Source of the DNA: a virus
Length of the DNA stretch: 64,000 nucleotides
Direction: 5' to 3' (one strand)
Virus record (IMG/VR): IMGVR_UViG_3300019752_000005
Span: 1 to 64,000 of that record
This document shows, piece after piece, positions 36,511 to 47,999 of this stretch (position 1 is the first letter of the stretch; the number at the start of each line of letters is the position of its first letter). The notes under the pieces were generated by a model, which saw only the letters and a list, made by a program, of their open reading frames with translations, had not been told where the DNA came from and made no database searches. A program made the translations under genes and the position numbers.

Positions 36511-37281
36511 CTAAAATGGAATATCCGCATCAAAGTCTTCACCACTATTTGCTGGTGTAGCATTCTGTTGAGGTGCGGCATTAGATGTTGCAATGGGTGC
36601 TGTGGTTGGTGCGGGTGCATTACTTGTTGATGTTAAGAAGCTTGGATTAAATCCTTCCAAGTAATAAAACTTATTATCATCTTTCGACTGAAATACTGCA
36701 CGGTGTGGCTGTTTCGCAAACCCACCCTTCGCGTACTTAGCTTGATAGTTCTCGTTAGGGTAAATGGACTTTAGATCAATGTTAGGGTAAACATTCTTCT
36801 TGCCTTTTGATGCGCCATAGTATAGACACGCAATTATTTTTAACCCATTAAAAACTTTTAAGCTGGTGAATTGTTTGATGTTGTTTGCCACTAAAATTTC
36901 ATTCATGAAGTTACGTGTTCGCTCACACGCATCACGCTCCTTACCTTCTGGCATATTCTCAATAGGCATTGATGGTAAGTTAAGAAAAACCTCAATCTTA
37001 TTACCCTTAACACCCTCAAGCCAAGGCTTGTTTTCTGGAATACCGATAACCTCAAATACTAATACAGCCCATTTTTTCCCACTGTTTTTACCAATACCAC
37101 CTTTAAAACCAACCTCCCATTGGTAAAGATCAGGGTCTGGTTTACGCCATCCTAACTCGCGAGGAATAAGGCTTTCTTTATATTCTAAAGCTGGTTTTGG
37201 TTCGTCACTAACTTTTGTTTGCTCACCAAATACATTGCCTAAATCAAAATCAAATTCTTGTTCGTTTTCCACTAAAGCCAT
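36511..37281 (-). CDS. ssDNA-binding-like protein with bacterial SSB-type acidic tail
   Basis: P/A/T/Q linker and C-terminal DFDADIPF; adjacent to the Sak4-like ATPase. Confidence 0.6.
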   Translation of the reverse strand: MALVENEQEFDFDLGNVFGEQTKVSDEPKPALEYKESLIPRELGWRKPDPDLYQWEVGFKGGIGKNSGKKWAVLVFEVIGIPENKPWLEGVKGNKIEVFLNLPSMPIENMPEGKERDACERTRNFMNEILVANNIKQFTSLKVFNGLKIIACLYYGASKGKKNVYPNIDLKSIYPNENYQAKYAKGGFAKQPHRAVFQSKDDNKFYYLEGFNPSFLTSTSNAPAPTTAPIATSNAAPQQNATPANSGEDFDADIPF

Positions 37282-37284
37282 TTC

Positions 37285-38229
37285 TTAGTTTCCTTCTGTG
37301 TTTTTTGGTTGTGTTTGTTGGTTGTAACCCATTAATTGAGACATTAACATTTTGTTTTCATTCCTTACTTTTTTGATGTATTCATTAAGATCGTCACCTT
37401 CATGGAATTGATGGTGCTCAAATAGAATCTTACTAGGCAATACGCGTGGTTTGCGATGTTTTGCTGGGATATGGCTACCAGACGTTCCATCTGTAAAGAT
37501 AATAGACACAACATCTTCAATTTTGTTTTTCTTACCAAGGATTTCCTTATTATTGTTGTCTCTATGAACATGAATCTGAGGATCTTTAGTGATAAAGAAG
37601 TTATGATCCGTTAGTTCTGTTAATGCATTCCAGCATTTAATATTAGGCACTGGTGGTAAATAACCATCAAAGGGTTCTTTGTTTGGTAAACTAATCTTTC
37701 TGAATTCTGTTTTACATATAAGAATCAGATCAATACCACAAACCTCACAAACACCTATCTTCATTCGTGTTAAGAAGTCTCTCATTTTAGATTTGAACAT
37801 CTCTGTTGGCTTACCAAAATCATCACCAATAGCGTTTACAGTGTTACCACCTAAAGTAGTGTACTCATTAAGCACTTCATTCTCTATCTCAAGAAGGATA
37901 ACATCGAAACTGTCAATGATAATTGTGGATATATCCACACCTTCATCACTAATAACTCCATCTTTATCAGTTCCATCATCAATCGCTTTATTCTTAACCT
38001 TGGCTAACTCACGAATAAAGTCAAGGATATCATAACGATTTTTAATCACATTATCAAAATCATTACTATCAAGTGTTTCTGGGTAGAGTCTTGATTTCTC
38101 CAAGTTAAAACATAAAGGGTTTCTAGCAGCCTGAGTCAACTCGGTTTTACCAGAACCACTACCACCGAAAACAAGTGTTAAAGACGGGGTTGAATCCGAC
38201 TTGATTTTTCTTTTAATACCTAAACCCAC
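37285..38229 (-). CDS. Sak4/AAA_24-like P-loop ATPase (ssDNA annealing/recombination)
   Basis: FGGSGSGKT, IIIDS, AKHR. Confidence 0.7.
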   Translation of the reverse strand: MGLGIKRKIKSDSTPSLTLVFGGSGSGKTELTQAARNPLCFNLEKSRLYPETLDSNDFDNVIKNRYDILDFIRELAKVKNKAIDDGTDKDGVISDEGVDISTIIIDSFDVILLEIENEVLNEYTTLGGNTVNAIGDDFGKPTEMFKSKMRDFLTRMKIGVCEVCGIDLILICKTEFRKISLPNKEPFDGYLPPVPNIKCWNALTELTDHNFFITKDPQIHVHRDNNNKEILGKKNKIEDVVSIIFTDGTSGSHIPAKHRKPRVLPSKILFEHHQFHEGDDLNEYIKKVRNENKMLMSQLMGYNQQTQPKNTEGN

Positions 38230-38873
38230 TGTTCATCTCCTATTTGCAAATCACTACCAAAGTGATAATGCGTGTAACGTTTGTAACTTCCATTAGCGTC
38301 TTTAATTGATTCACTAATAATTTGAGGTTGATGTCTTTTGTTGAAATCCTCATTTGCGGAACAAATTTTATCAAACTCTGACTCACTTGTAAAGCTATTT
38401 TCAGGTAAATTTCTAAAAACTTGCTCTTCATTTTTCTTTATTTTTTCATAATCAACAATGGCGCAAAACTTCATGCCAATATAGTCTAATGCACTCTTGG
38501 GTAAAGCCCCTTGAACACCATTTGCTAGCGCAATACCGCCAATACGTTTCATATCTTTGTCCATGCGAGCCGCCAGATATTTTTCCGATCTATCATCATC
38601 AATAACCAGCTTGCTTTTTGGATGTATTACCTGCCTACCCCACAGCTCTAAACGCAAGCTGGTGTGTTTAAAGATAAACTTCTTATTATCGTGCTGCTGA
38701 TTCAAAACCTTCAGCGTCAAATTTAGCGACGGTCTAAGTTTGGAATCATCCTCCATATTGTTAATTTTAGCGTCAACTATTTCAAACAGGTAAACCCCCT
38801 TGGATAGCAACACCTTGGTAAATGTAGCGTGATTATAATAAGATATGTTTTCCATTAATCTACAACCCCCCAA
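38220..38873 (-). CDS. DUF669-like replication-module protein
   Basis: L..G.Y..EI.DA...L.LTLKV pattern and genomic position. Confidence 0.4.
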   Translation of the reverse strand: MGGCRLMENISYYNHATFTKVLLSKGVYLFEIVDAKINNMEDDSKLRPSLNLTLKVLNQQHDNKKFIFKHTSLRLELWGRQVIHPKSKLVIDDDRSEKYLAARMDKDMKRIGGIALANGVQGALPKSALDYIGMKFCAIVDYEKIKKNEEQVFRNLPENSFTSESEFDKICSANEDFNKRHQPQIISESIKDANGSYKRYTHYHFGSDLQIGDEQWV

Positions 38874-41476
38874 TACAATCTTAATTTAGGACGACCCGCC
38901 TTACTGGTGCCATCTTCGTTCTTATTTACCACATTCTTTAATGTGATAACGTGATTTTCTATTAAGTCAGCAATAATTCCATCCCTAACAACCTGATTAA
39001 TATGCTTTGTCATTTCTCTCAAGTCGCGCTTCCACATGCTACCACGTTTCTTTATGATTAATTCTATTTCTTTAACATACCCTTCATGTTCATTCTTAAC
39101 AATATTAGCATTAATAAAGTTAACCATATTTTGTGTTAAAACCATTGATAAACCCATACCCCATTCTGCATCAGCTAGAGATATTGATGGTGATACTGGA
39201 TTCTTTAATGTTGCAGATATCATTGCTAATTTAACACCAGAAGCATAACATCTTGAGAAACATATGTTAGATACAGCGCAAGATTCTCCCACAACCCGTT
39301 CCTCATGAAGATACGTTTCCATTTTTTGAAGATACTGATCAGCGTTTGTTTCAACACCTTCACTATCTTTTTCCATAATTAAAGATGGCACTATCTCGAA
39401 AGAATTAAAAACCTCATTTGCTTCACCGTCGGCACCAACTGATATATCAGGCATGTCTCCAGATGATCCTGCGTCATTAGCTCTATTGAAAATAGCCTTT
39501 AATTTATTAGATATTTTATCTGGAACATTGGATGCACTGAACTTTACTTTATCATAATATGATCTAACTGATTTTTTAGCACTTTCATCCCCACCCACTA
39601 GAAATATCCTTGCTGCAAAACCATTTAATGTATCCTCTTTGTTTAACATTCCTCCCAGTGGTTCTGGTGCTGAAACAGCGTATATATTAAATTGCGGTTT
39701 CACCACTGTTTTAATATCAGGTCTGGACATGGCAACATCAGGAGCAAGGTCATAGCTACTTGCTGAATAAAGCTCAGTGCAGAGACCCTTTACATCAGAT
39801 ATCATTGGATCTTTACCACCCCATTTCACACCAATTTCATCTGTAATTGATATGCATACAGGCTGCTTTTCAGTTAAATAATTCCTTAAAACTGCTGTTG
39901 ACTTAAATTGACTTGGTGCTATGAGGTGCTCACTACCATTACATGCTGTGGTGACCATGCTTTTAACACATCTTAAGCTGGCATCCTTTCCCATGCCCGG
40001 CCCTAATACACTTATTGTGTAAATATTTGGGTAAAGCTCGTCATGACTATAACCCCTGCCCATTAAAACTGCTGTTGCTGATATAGCTGAAAACATTGCT
40101 AACGCAGGCTGTTTTACGCGGGAACCCCCCATCCACTCAATAACATCTTTAATTGTTTCTGGTGCAGTATCAATAAATTTTCTTGGTATCGTAAGATCAA
40201 CATCGTTATTTCGCCTACCAACCCCTTTATTCTTTTTTGTTGCTGCTTTTTCTTTTTTTGGTGCAACCTTCTTCGCTTCATTATCTTTTTTATCTTGTTC
40301 CTCCAGTTCCTTTTCGATAACTGAAAAATCCACAATAGTTGAATGTGGCTTCCTTTTTTGTCCTTTCTGTATTCCACATAACGCAGCAGCACCATTAACA
40401 GCTTGAACCCAAGACTCCTTCCCCACACCAAAAGCAAGTATTCTATATACATCGAAAGCGTCATGTGTGTTTTTACCATTTGCTGATAAAACATCGGAGC
40501 CATGATGTGAAAAAACAGTGTTGGTTTTTCTGAATATTTTTACACCAGCCAAACCTGTAGTTGATGCAGGGCACTTGTAACGCTTACCATGCTTTGTGTA
40601 ACCATATTGAAGTAATAACTCTTCAAGTTGAAACTGGTTATTAAAAGCATCCATAACTAATGACATATAGTCATCATTAGAATTATTGTTGATAGGGCGG
40701 GGTGCTAACTTCACATCTTCATATTCTTCATCTTCTTCATTAGCTTCTGCTAGAGATAGCAACTCATTTAAGCTTGATGTTGTGTGAATCTCGCCAGTAT
40801 AGGGATAAAACGTACACATTGAAGCCTCTGATTTTTCGGTCGCGTGTTTCCAAAATCCAGCTAAAGCCATAATTCTAGCTAAATTATGAATCTTTTTATC
40901 AGAACCAAAAATACTGATAAGGTCTTTCTGTGAACGGGTAAACATATCCACAGGAAAATCTTTTACTATCCAATAGAAATGCGCTTTACCTTTGCTGCTT
41001 TCAATATAAAATGAAGGTTTAATATTGTATGCGTTAACTTTTGCTAAATGGGTTTCTAAGCTATCAGCTTTTTCATCACAATCAATATATAATGATGTGA
41101 TACTTGTGATGTCTTTATTTGCACACATTAACGGATATTCATCACACTTATCATCTATTTCATCATCACTTAACCGCTCAGAAACAGGTTTACAGGCGTT
41201 ATCCATTTTTATTTGCTGTCTAATCCTTAGATTTTCTTTATATCGAATACCTAATTCTTCACCATTGCAGCCATTAACAACAAAATAAATATTGTAACCC
41301 TGTCTATTTAACTCTAATAGTTCATCACCACACTCATATATTGTCCCGTACAACGCTTTTGATGTGTGATTTTTTTTATTAATATACCTAAACTCTATTT
41401 TAGAGTTATCTAAACCAAGCGCAGCTAAGTGACTAATAGCTTGCTTTATATCCTGCCTCTTGTGCGGCTCACGCAT
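38855..41476 (-). CDS. primase (RepB-like AEP domain) fused to a DUF3987-like P-loop helicase
   Basis: IYFVVN, YIDCD, ESS.GK.HFYW, RIM.LAGF; C-terminal GPGMGKD, DEIG, GF.ARI. Confidence 0.85.
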   Translation of the reverse strand: MREPHKRQDIKQAISHLAALGLDNSKIEFRYINKKNHTSKALYGTIYECGDELLELNRQGYNIYFVVNGCNGEELGIRYKENLRIRQQIKMDNACKPVSERLSDDEIDDKCDEYPLMCANKDITSITSLYIDCDEKADSLETHLAKVNAYNIKPSFYIESSKGKAHFYWIVKDFPVDMFTRSQKDLISIFGSDKKIHNLARIMALAGFWKHATEKSEASMCTFYPYTGEIHTTSSLNELLSLAEANEEDEEYEDVKLAPRPINNNSNDDYMSLVMDAFNNQFQLEELLLQYGYTKHGKRYKCPASTTGLAGVKIFRKTNTVFSHHGSDVLSANGKNTHDAFDVYRILAFGVGKESWVQAVNGAAALCGIQKGQKRKPHSTIVDFSVIEKELEEQDKKDNEAKKVAPKKEKAATKKNKGVGRRNNDVDLTIPRKFIDTAPETIKDVIEWMGGSRVKQPALAMFSAISATAVLMGRGYSHDELYPNIYTISVLGPGMGKDASLRCVKSMVTTACNGSEHLIAPSQFKSTAVLRNYLTEKQPVCISITDEIGVKWGGKDPMISDVKGLCTELYSASSYDLAPDVAMSRPDIKTVVKPQFNIYAVSAPEPLGGMLNKEDTLNGFAARIFLVGGDESAKKSVRSYYDKVKFSASNVPDKISNKLKAIFNRANDAGSSGDMPDISVGADGEANEVFNSFEIVPSLIMEKDSEGVETNADQYLQKMETYLHEERVVGESCAVSNICFSRCYASGVKLAMISATLKNPVSPSISLADAEWGMGLSMVLTQNMVNFINANIVKNEHEGYVKEIELIIKKRGSMWKRDLREMTKHINQVVRDGIIADLIENHVITLKNVVNKNEDGTSKAGRPKLRLYWGVVD

Positions 41477-41515
41477 TTTTATATTCCTTCTTCTTGTTGC
41501 TACGAGACGTTGAGG

Positions 41516-41545
41516 ATTCTATGTTATTTGCTTTATAATTGTCAA
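41516..41545 (-). promoter_or_regulatory. sigma70-type promoter of the replication operon
   Basis: TTGACA-18-TAGAAT. Confidence 0.6.
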
Positions 41546-41559
41546 GCTTAAAACAAATT

Positions 41560-42066
41560 TTATTTATTCTCGTTAATTCTTTTCTTTGTTTTTATCACAA
41601 ATTCATCAACAATTTCCGCACCCTTTGACGTTCTATATTCCCTTACATCGTTATCAATGCAAGATAAAAATATAACCATTGCTGTGATAGTAATGGAAAA
41701 ATCTTTGAACATATTAGGGACACCTGAATGTGAGCAATATAATGTTCTCCTTTGATCGTTATTTTCATATGTGTTTAATGGTATTTCACTACAATCAATG
41801 ATACCAATAATAATACTTCTCCTGCTCACATCAATTGTAACGCATATTTGATAGCGTTTAACCACCAAGTAATCAGTTGTAAATTGTATTGTGTGATTAT
41901 TAGCGTAATCCACTCTCAATGCACCAAATATATTTTGACAACATATGTAAAAATGATTGGGACTTGTTATTTTAGTGTTACTTTCATCTTTAATAAATTG
42001 TTCTAGCTTTTCTGTTAGATATTTAATATTGATTGATTCTTGTGTTGACATGTTATTTTTACTCAT
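41560..42066 (-). CDS. hypothetical protein
   Basis: 168-aa ORF. Confidence 0.4.
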   Translation of the reverse strand: MSKNNMSTQESINIKYLTEKLEQFIKDESNTKITSPNHFYICCQNIFGALRVDYANNHTIQFTTDYLVVKRYQICVTIDVSRRSIIIGIIDCSEIPLNTYENNDQRRTLYCSHSGVPNMFKDFSITITAMVIFLSCIDNDVREYRTSKGAEIVDEFVIKTKKRINENK

Positions 42067-42113
42067 GTTAGTATTTAAAACTCAAATCTAATTACATACA
42101 CAAGGAGTTTAGC

Positions 42114-42578
42114 ATGTCTAAAGAAAAGATGGAAACAGTGTTGAGAGATAAGAAAAGATTAATACCTGTTGATTCTCCATTATTTACTCAATTAACTGGG
42201 CTAACTAGCTGTTTTAATGACCCTATAAATGAGTTTATCTTTTATTACGGTATTCAAGAATGTGTGATAGGTGAAATGGATGCCACTATGTTACCGCAAG
42301 ATGATGGTGAAATTATTGGTCACTACACTGTTGAGCAGATTGCAAACTTTTGTGAAGCAGTGTTAGTGGGGCGTGACCACTCTGATAAGTTGCGTGATGA
42401 TGTTGACTACACTCTTTATGCTGACACCTGTTTATCAACGATCAGAAATCTAGCTAAAATCGGTATTTTAGCCTTGGTTGATGAAGCTACAAATTACCAA
42501 TCAATTCGAAATAAGCAAGAACTACAGAATAAATTCGGTAAATTCTCTAAATACAGAAGACGAACCACAAAAGGTTAA
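42114..42578 (+). CDS. P63C-domain-like protein (truncated)
   Basis: LAKIGILALVDEATNYQ..R...LQ; AAGGAG RBS. Confidence 0.7.
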   Translation: MSKEKMETVLRDKKRLIPVDSPLFTQLTGLTSCFNDPINEFIFYYGIQECVIGEMDATMLPQDDGEIIGHYTVEQIANFCEAVLVGRDHSDKLRDDVDYTLYADTCLSTIRNLAKIGILALVDEATNYQSIRNKQELQNKFGKFSKYRRRTTKG

Positions 42579-42622
42579 TTAGGTGTTGCGGTATCTTATG
42601 TGGTGCCGCATCATAATCAAAT

Positions 42623-43177
42623 ATGAATAGCAAAAATTTAGATAAGAACATGGTATTTCTAGCCAAGAAGCATTTATATCTGGCAAAGCAAGCTAATTAT
42701 TCAATACCAATTTACGATAACGCAGGTGTTATATGTGGTATTCAGGAAGTTCAAGAGGATCGGAATAAAAAAGTTTATGGGACATTAAAAGGTGGTTTTC
42801 ATATATTATACGGTAGCGATGAAGCACTATTAGTGTGTGAAGGTTTTTCCACTGGAGTAGCATTAAATAGCGTATTAGGAATTAGAACACTAGTCACATT
42901 TAGTGATGGTAATATGCTGCCAGCAGTGAAAAGTTATTTATTAAATCATAAGGTGGTTAACTTAATATTTTGTGCTGATAATGATAAATGGAAGCCGTGG
43001 GCTGGCAACACTGGTGTTAAGGCGGCTAATAAGTGTGTAAAAGAATTTGGTGGTAAAGTAGTTGCTCCTGAGTTCCCTAGTTTTTTAAATTTATTACGTC
43101 CAACAGATTTTGATGACTTGAAAAAATATTGCGGCGATGAGGTTTTGAAAAATTACTTTAAGGATATTTTAAAGTGA
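42623..43177 (+). CDS. stand-alone Toprim-domain protein (TraC/primase-like)
   Basis: VCEGFSTG, CADND, TDFDD. Confidence 0.8.
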   Translation: MNSKNLDKNMVFLAKKHLYLAKQANYSIPIYDNAGVICGIQEVQEDRNKKVYGTLKGGFHILYGSDEALLVCEGFSTGVALNSVLGIRTLVTFSDGNMLPAVKSYLLNHKVVNLIFCADNDKWKPWAGNTGVKAANKCVKEFGGKVVAPEFPSFLNLLRPTDFDDLKKYCGDEVLKNYFKDILK

Positions 43178-44670
43178 GTATTAAAAACAATACAGAAGAA
43201 AAATGCAATTGTGATTTCTGCGTAGAGGGTATGCCAGAACATTGTAACGAGCAGGTTGATTATACATACATTGTTTGCCCTTACTGCGGACACGAGCATG
43301 ATGATGCTCTTGAGATATGCTCACCTGATGATTATGATGGGGTGACTTTTCAGTGTAGTGATTGCGAGAAAGATATTAAGGTGTTTTGTGAGGTTACTCT
43401 TGAATGGACGGCAAGAAAGGTTAAGTGAATGTTCCTAAAACACAAAACAACACGACGTTATAAAAACGGATATAGCGTTGTGATCGTAAAAAGCCGTAAA
43501 CTATCCCAGATTGCTTTTTATAATGAGCATGGCGATTGTATAAACGCATTCTATTGTGCTAATAGCAGGGTTAATGAAGAGATTGGGAATTGGGCTGATT
43601 TTAATGGGTTGGTGTTGGTTGAGAGTGAGGAGGAGGTTGTTTGATGGGTGGGATTAGTGTTTTATTAACATCAAGTGTAGACATAGAGCTTAATAATGTT
43701 ATTGACTACATTGATAAATGGAATGATAACTGGTCTTTTCATATTAAAACGAAAAAGAATATTCCATCACTATCACACTTAAAGCGTGGAGAATGGTATG
43801 TACTTAGTGGTAGTGAATGCGGTAATGTTCGTGAAATTAGGAGTGCAATTATTGAGTATTTCAATTGGCATAATGGAGATTTGCAATGAAAGTTTACACG
43901 GTTAAGGTTAAATATAGAAATGGATTTACAGAGTGCATTTCGTTAAATATAATTAGTAAGGAGAGGGTGTGATGCCTGATATAAGTTTTTACACGGTCAA
44001 GATTACCACAGCTAATGGAGTAACCACCAAAGTTCCATTTCATTTTATGGAAAGTCATCACACAGATGATAGCGGGTTATCAATAAGAATGATTATGGGA
44101 TATTATGATCACACCGTGGATGATGGCGTATTTAAGACGTATGATAATTGCGGCTACTACACATTAACCCCTGATAACTGTATAAATTACGAAGAGGTGA
44201 GAAACATTATTAGTAACTTTTTCAATCTAGCTTGGGTATGCGTAAATGAGTAGAGACATTGAGTTTCAGCGTAGTGAGTTGTTATTTAATCTCACTGAAG
44301 ATATTCTTGTTCATATGGAGGATAATAATATCACTAAACTTGATTTAACCAGAAAAATCAATAAATCTGGACTATGGGTTACTAGGTTTTTTAATGGGGA
44401 TATAGATATTACTATCTCCCAATTAAATGAAATTTGTTTTGCGTTGGGTGTGAAGCCTATTTTTGAGATTAAGGAGAAGTGATTGTGTTTTTTAAAGACT
44501 TAGATGGTGCTGATTTTATAGTTAACCCAAGTGCTATAACACTTATAACTGATATAAGAGAAAAAAGCTATCTTGTTCATGTTGGTGAGCGCAAGATATA
44601 CGCGGTATTCAAGAGTGAGCGAAAGAGAGATGATTCTTTACACAGTATCAATGAGTTTTGGAATAAATAA
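43174..44670 (+). CDS. run of small ORFs including a Zn-finger protein (43174-43428) and an XRE-HTH protein (44246-44482)
   Basis: CPYCG/CSDC; ITK.DL....S..WVTRFFNG....TI..L..IC.AL. Confidence 0.6.
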
Positions 44671-45462
44671 ATGAAACAATACCACGACCTATTACACCAC
44701 ATCCTACAAAACGGTATAGACAAACAAGACCGTACAAAAACTGGTACACGCTCAGTATTTGGCTACCAGTACCGTCACGATTTACAAGAAGGATTCCCGC
44801 TTTTAACAACTAAGCGCGTGCATTTTAAATCAATCTGCTATGAACTCCTATGGTTTTTACGGGGCGACACTAATATTAAGTATTTGCACGATAATGGTGT
44901 AACAATTTGGGATGAATGGGCTGATGAAGATGGTGATTTAGGTTCGGTTTATGGGAAACAATGGCGATCATGGCAGTGTAAAGATGGTAGCACTATTGAT
45001 CAAATACAAAATGTGATCGATGAAATACAAGTGAATCCTGATTCACGACGTTTAATTGTGAACGCTTGGAATGTTGGGGAACTTGATGAAATGGCATTAC
45101 CTCCCTGTCACTTGCTTTTTCAGTTTTATGTGGTGAATGGCAAGTTGTCGTGTCAACTGTATCAACGCTCAGGTGACGCTTTCTTGGGAATTCCTTATAA
45201 TTTAGCATGTTATTCTCTCCTAACCCACATGATCGCGCAACAATGCAATTTACAGGTAGGCGAATTCATCCACACAATAGGTGATGCCCATATTTATTTT
45301 AATCATTTTAAGCAGGTAGAGTTGCAATTATCACGCGAACCTTTTAAACTACCTGCACTGATTTTGGAAAAAGCAGAAAACATAAATTCATACACGTACA
45401 AACACATTAATTTAGAAGGATATAGACCACATGGTAAGATTAAAGCACCTGTTGCTATTTAG
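44671..45462 (+). CDS. thyA: thymidylate synthase
   Basis: DRT.TGT, ELLWFL.G, PDSRR, MALPPCH, YQRS.D.FLG.PYN, HIY.NH. Confidence 0.97.
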   Translation: MKQYHDLLHHILQNGIDKQDRTKTGTRSVFGYQYRHDLQEGFPLLTTKRVHFKSICYELLWFLRGDTNIKYLHDNGVTIWDEWADEDGDLGSVYGKQWRSWQCKDGSTIDQIQNVIDEIQVNPDSRRLIVNAWNVGELDEMALPPCHLLFQFYVVNGKLSCQLYQRSGDAFLGIPYNLACYSLLTHMIAQQCNLQVGEFIHTIGDAHIYFNHFKQVELQLSREPFKLPALILEKAENINSYTYKHINLEGYRPHGKIKAPVAI

Positions 45463-45691
45463 TGTTTTATTAAGCGGTAATGTTGCAGCAGATTCATACA
45501 CTGTACACGGCACCACTAAACAAACCCATCATGAGAAACCATTACCTATCGCTTATACATTTGAATCAAGAGATGCTGCGTTAACCCGTTATCATGTATT
45601 AAAAAACAAATCATGGATGGGTTATGTGTGCATTCATAATGATAAAACCCCAAACGATGAAACCTGTTCACACGCCAAGAAACCCCAATAA
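45431..45691 (+). CDS. small secreted protein
   Basis: signal-peptide-like N-terminus. Confidence 0.4.
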   Translation: MVRLKHLLLFSVLLSGNVAADSYTVHGTTKQTHHEKPLPIAYTFESRDAALTRYHVLKNKSWMGYVCIHNDKTPNDETCSHAKKPQ

Positions 45692-45733
45692 TACCTAGTT
45701 AAGGATACCCGTGTAATAGCGGGTATAATAAGT

Positions 45734-46432
45734 ATGACAACCAAACAAAAAATAGTAACTTACACATCTCTATGTGGTAATAAATATTTCGCTAGGCAGA
45801 ATAATGATCGCACTTGGAATATTTATGAAGAAGCTACCCCCAGCTTGCTTTTATTATGCAAGAATATCACATCTCCCATCATGAATAATGATATATTGCG
45901 TTTTGCGATCACTTCATACCAGAATAGCTGGTTGAATAAAGGTATGAAGGTGAATATTATTGCCGCATTAGATAATGATGGTGGTATAGGGAAAAATGAT
46001 GGTATTCCTTGGAAAGCTAAAGGAGAATTAGCTCATTTTAAGAAACTAACTAAGGGTCATATTGTTGTAATGGGTCGTGCAACATACGAATCCCTCGATG
46101 GTGGAGCGTTAAAAGATCGCATTAACATTGTTTTATCCAAAACACTAAAGGATGTTAAAGATGATGTTATTCTATGCCAAGATTTTAACGCGCTTCAATC
46201 TACCTTAAACTATTTATCAAAGTTTTACCAAGAAAAAACAGCTTGGATTATAGGCGGCAACAGTGTTTACAAGCATTTCTTGAATAAGGCAAACGAACTT
46301 CACCTGTCATTAATTAATTCCAAAAATAATAATTGTGATACTTTTTTCCCAAATTGGGAACAAAAGGGTTTTCAATTGGAAAGTGTCGATAATTCATATA
46401 ATGGATGGGAGTATCAAAAATGGGTCAAATAG
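45734..46432 (+). CDS. folA: dihydrofolate reductase with a ~70-aa N-terminal extension
   Basis: GIG....IPW, FK.LT, VVMGRATYES, R.NIVLS, IIGG, DTFFP. Confidence 0.92.
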   Translation: MTTKQKIVTYTSLCGNKYFARQNNDRTWNIYEEATPSLLLLCKNITSPIMNNDILRFAITSYQNSWLNKGMKVNIIAALDNDGGIGKNDGIPWKAKGELAHFKKLTKGHIVVMGRATYESLDGGALKDRINIVLSKTLKDVKDDVILCQDFNALQSTLNYLSKFYQEKTAWIIGGNSVYKHFLNKANELHLSLINSKNNNCDTFFPNWEQKGFQLESVDNSYNGWEYQKWVK

Positions 46433-46913
46433 TGTTTTGTAGTGGTGAGAAATTTAATATTCATCTTGGTTATGATTCCAGTGGAAAGTATCATCAGTTA
46501 TCCGTACCAACTGAGGTTGGGTTTATGTGTGGTTGTGGTTTCACAACAAGTGTAAATATGATGCATGAGCATAGTTTTTTTGTTTGCGGTAATTGTGGTT
46601 TTGCTAATCAAATTGATTTAAGGAGAGAGTTTTCAGTTGTTGAGAGAGATTAGAAAAAGAGCGGTATCTATAATTGATCGAGGTGAATTTACAGAAGTTA
46701 GTTTACCATATAGGTATAGATATTTATCTACTGCTATTAACAATGTTAAGTTAAGAAAACCAATTAAGTTTGTGTTTGTTGGTGGTGAAAACAGGCTGGA
46801 TTTTGAAGTAAACGAGATAAATAAAAAAATGAATAAAATAATTAATGAAGATGCATTTCTTCAAGAATTAATTGATAGATGTGATGCTAGTGTTTTAACG
46901 ATAGAGGTTCTTA

Positions 46914-47501
46914 ATGACAGTAAATAGTGAAGATAGACGATGTGGATTATATGATCATATTTTCCACTTGGATGATGATGGAAATGTTATAGGTGAAGAT
47001 AGTATGATGATACATATACCATACAATGCTCAATCATCGAAGAACGCACAAATGATTGTGTATCGTGGAGGTCTTAAGATGGGTACAACCATCACATCAC
47101 AAAGGCAGGCTGCTGGATTAGCAAGGTGTTATGGTATTAAGCAGAATAAAAAGTGTGATGAATATGAGCGCAACACTAAATCTTTTTTTCTGGAAAATAA
47201 AGAAAAATTCCAAAGTTTAGTGGAAAATTTACCAAAACCACTAATCATTGGTGTTTATTACATGCGTAAGACGATGCATGAATTTGATTATCATAATGTC
47301 GTGCAACACTTAGCGGATTTAATCTCAGAGCCTAGTGGAGCTAAAAAGAAAGGCTATGGGTGGGTAAAGGATGATAATATGAAGGAAACCATCTATCTAC
47401 CGCTGGGATACTGTGTAACTAAATATAATGGAATGCCAAAAGAAGGTGTTATCATCAAAATCTTAAGTTTAGAGAAATACATGGAGTTTATTAGATCATG
47501 A
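46914..47501 (+). CDS. RusA-like Holliday junction resolvase
   Basis: FDYHN....ADLI.....GW..DDN resembles the RusA DxDN..D..DD motifs. Confidence 0.55.
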   Translation: MTVNSEDRRCGLYDHIFHLDDDGNVIGEDSMMIHIPYNAQSSKNAQMIVYRGGLKMGTTITSQRQAAGLARCYGIKQNKKCDEYERNTKSFFLENKEKFQSLVENLPKPLIIGVYYMRKTMHEFDYHNVVQHLADLISEPSGAKKKGYGWVKDDNMKETIYLPLGYCVTKYNGMPKEGVIIKILSLEKYMEFIRS

Positions 47502-47995
47502 GTAGATGTGATTGGTGGGATGTGCCAACAAATAATCCAGAATCTTTACATAAAAAGTTATCGGCATTAGAGGTTTATGATTCTGGCGTGCCTGCTGAAC
47601 GCACAGCAAGGTGTAATGATGTCGAGTGTTTTAGTTACCAGAACTTCACTGAATTTTTATTAAATATGCGTGAAAAGCATAGCGGTAGCACTGAGTTTGG
47701 AAAAATCAGAAATCAACGCGTATTGCGTAGCATATTCACTAAATCAGAGCAGGATGTATTCGGTAAAAAACTATATCCCACAACAGAATCACGCGTGGTG
47801 TTTATTTTTTATGAGCTTATAAAGCAGCACCCTTTTGTAGATGGGAATAAACGCATTGCTGCAACATTTTTATATGCAACACGCGCTCATATGGGTGTTA
47901 CGTTAAATCGGGCTATGTGTGCAGCATTATTTGTTGCAGGTAGCGTGGGTGAGGATCGGGATAGTGTTATTGGTTTTATTGAGGGAGTTATTTAA
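47498..47995 (+). CDS. Fic/Doc family protein
   Basis: HPFVDGNKR motif. Confidence 0.85.
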   Translation: MSRCDWWDVPTNNPESLHKKLSALEVYDSGVPAERTARCNDVECFSYQNFTEFLLNMREKHSGSTEFGKIRNQRVLRSIFTKSEQDVFGKKLYPTTESRVVFIFYELIKQHPFVDGNKRIAATFLYATRAHMGVTLNRAMCAALFVAGSVGEDRDSVIGFIEGVI

Positions 47996-47999
47996 TATC

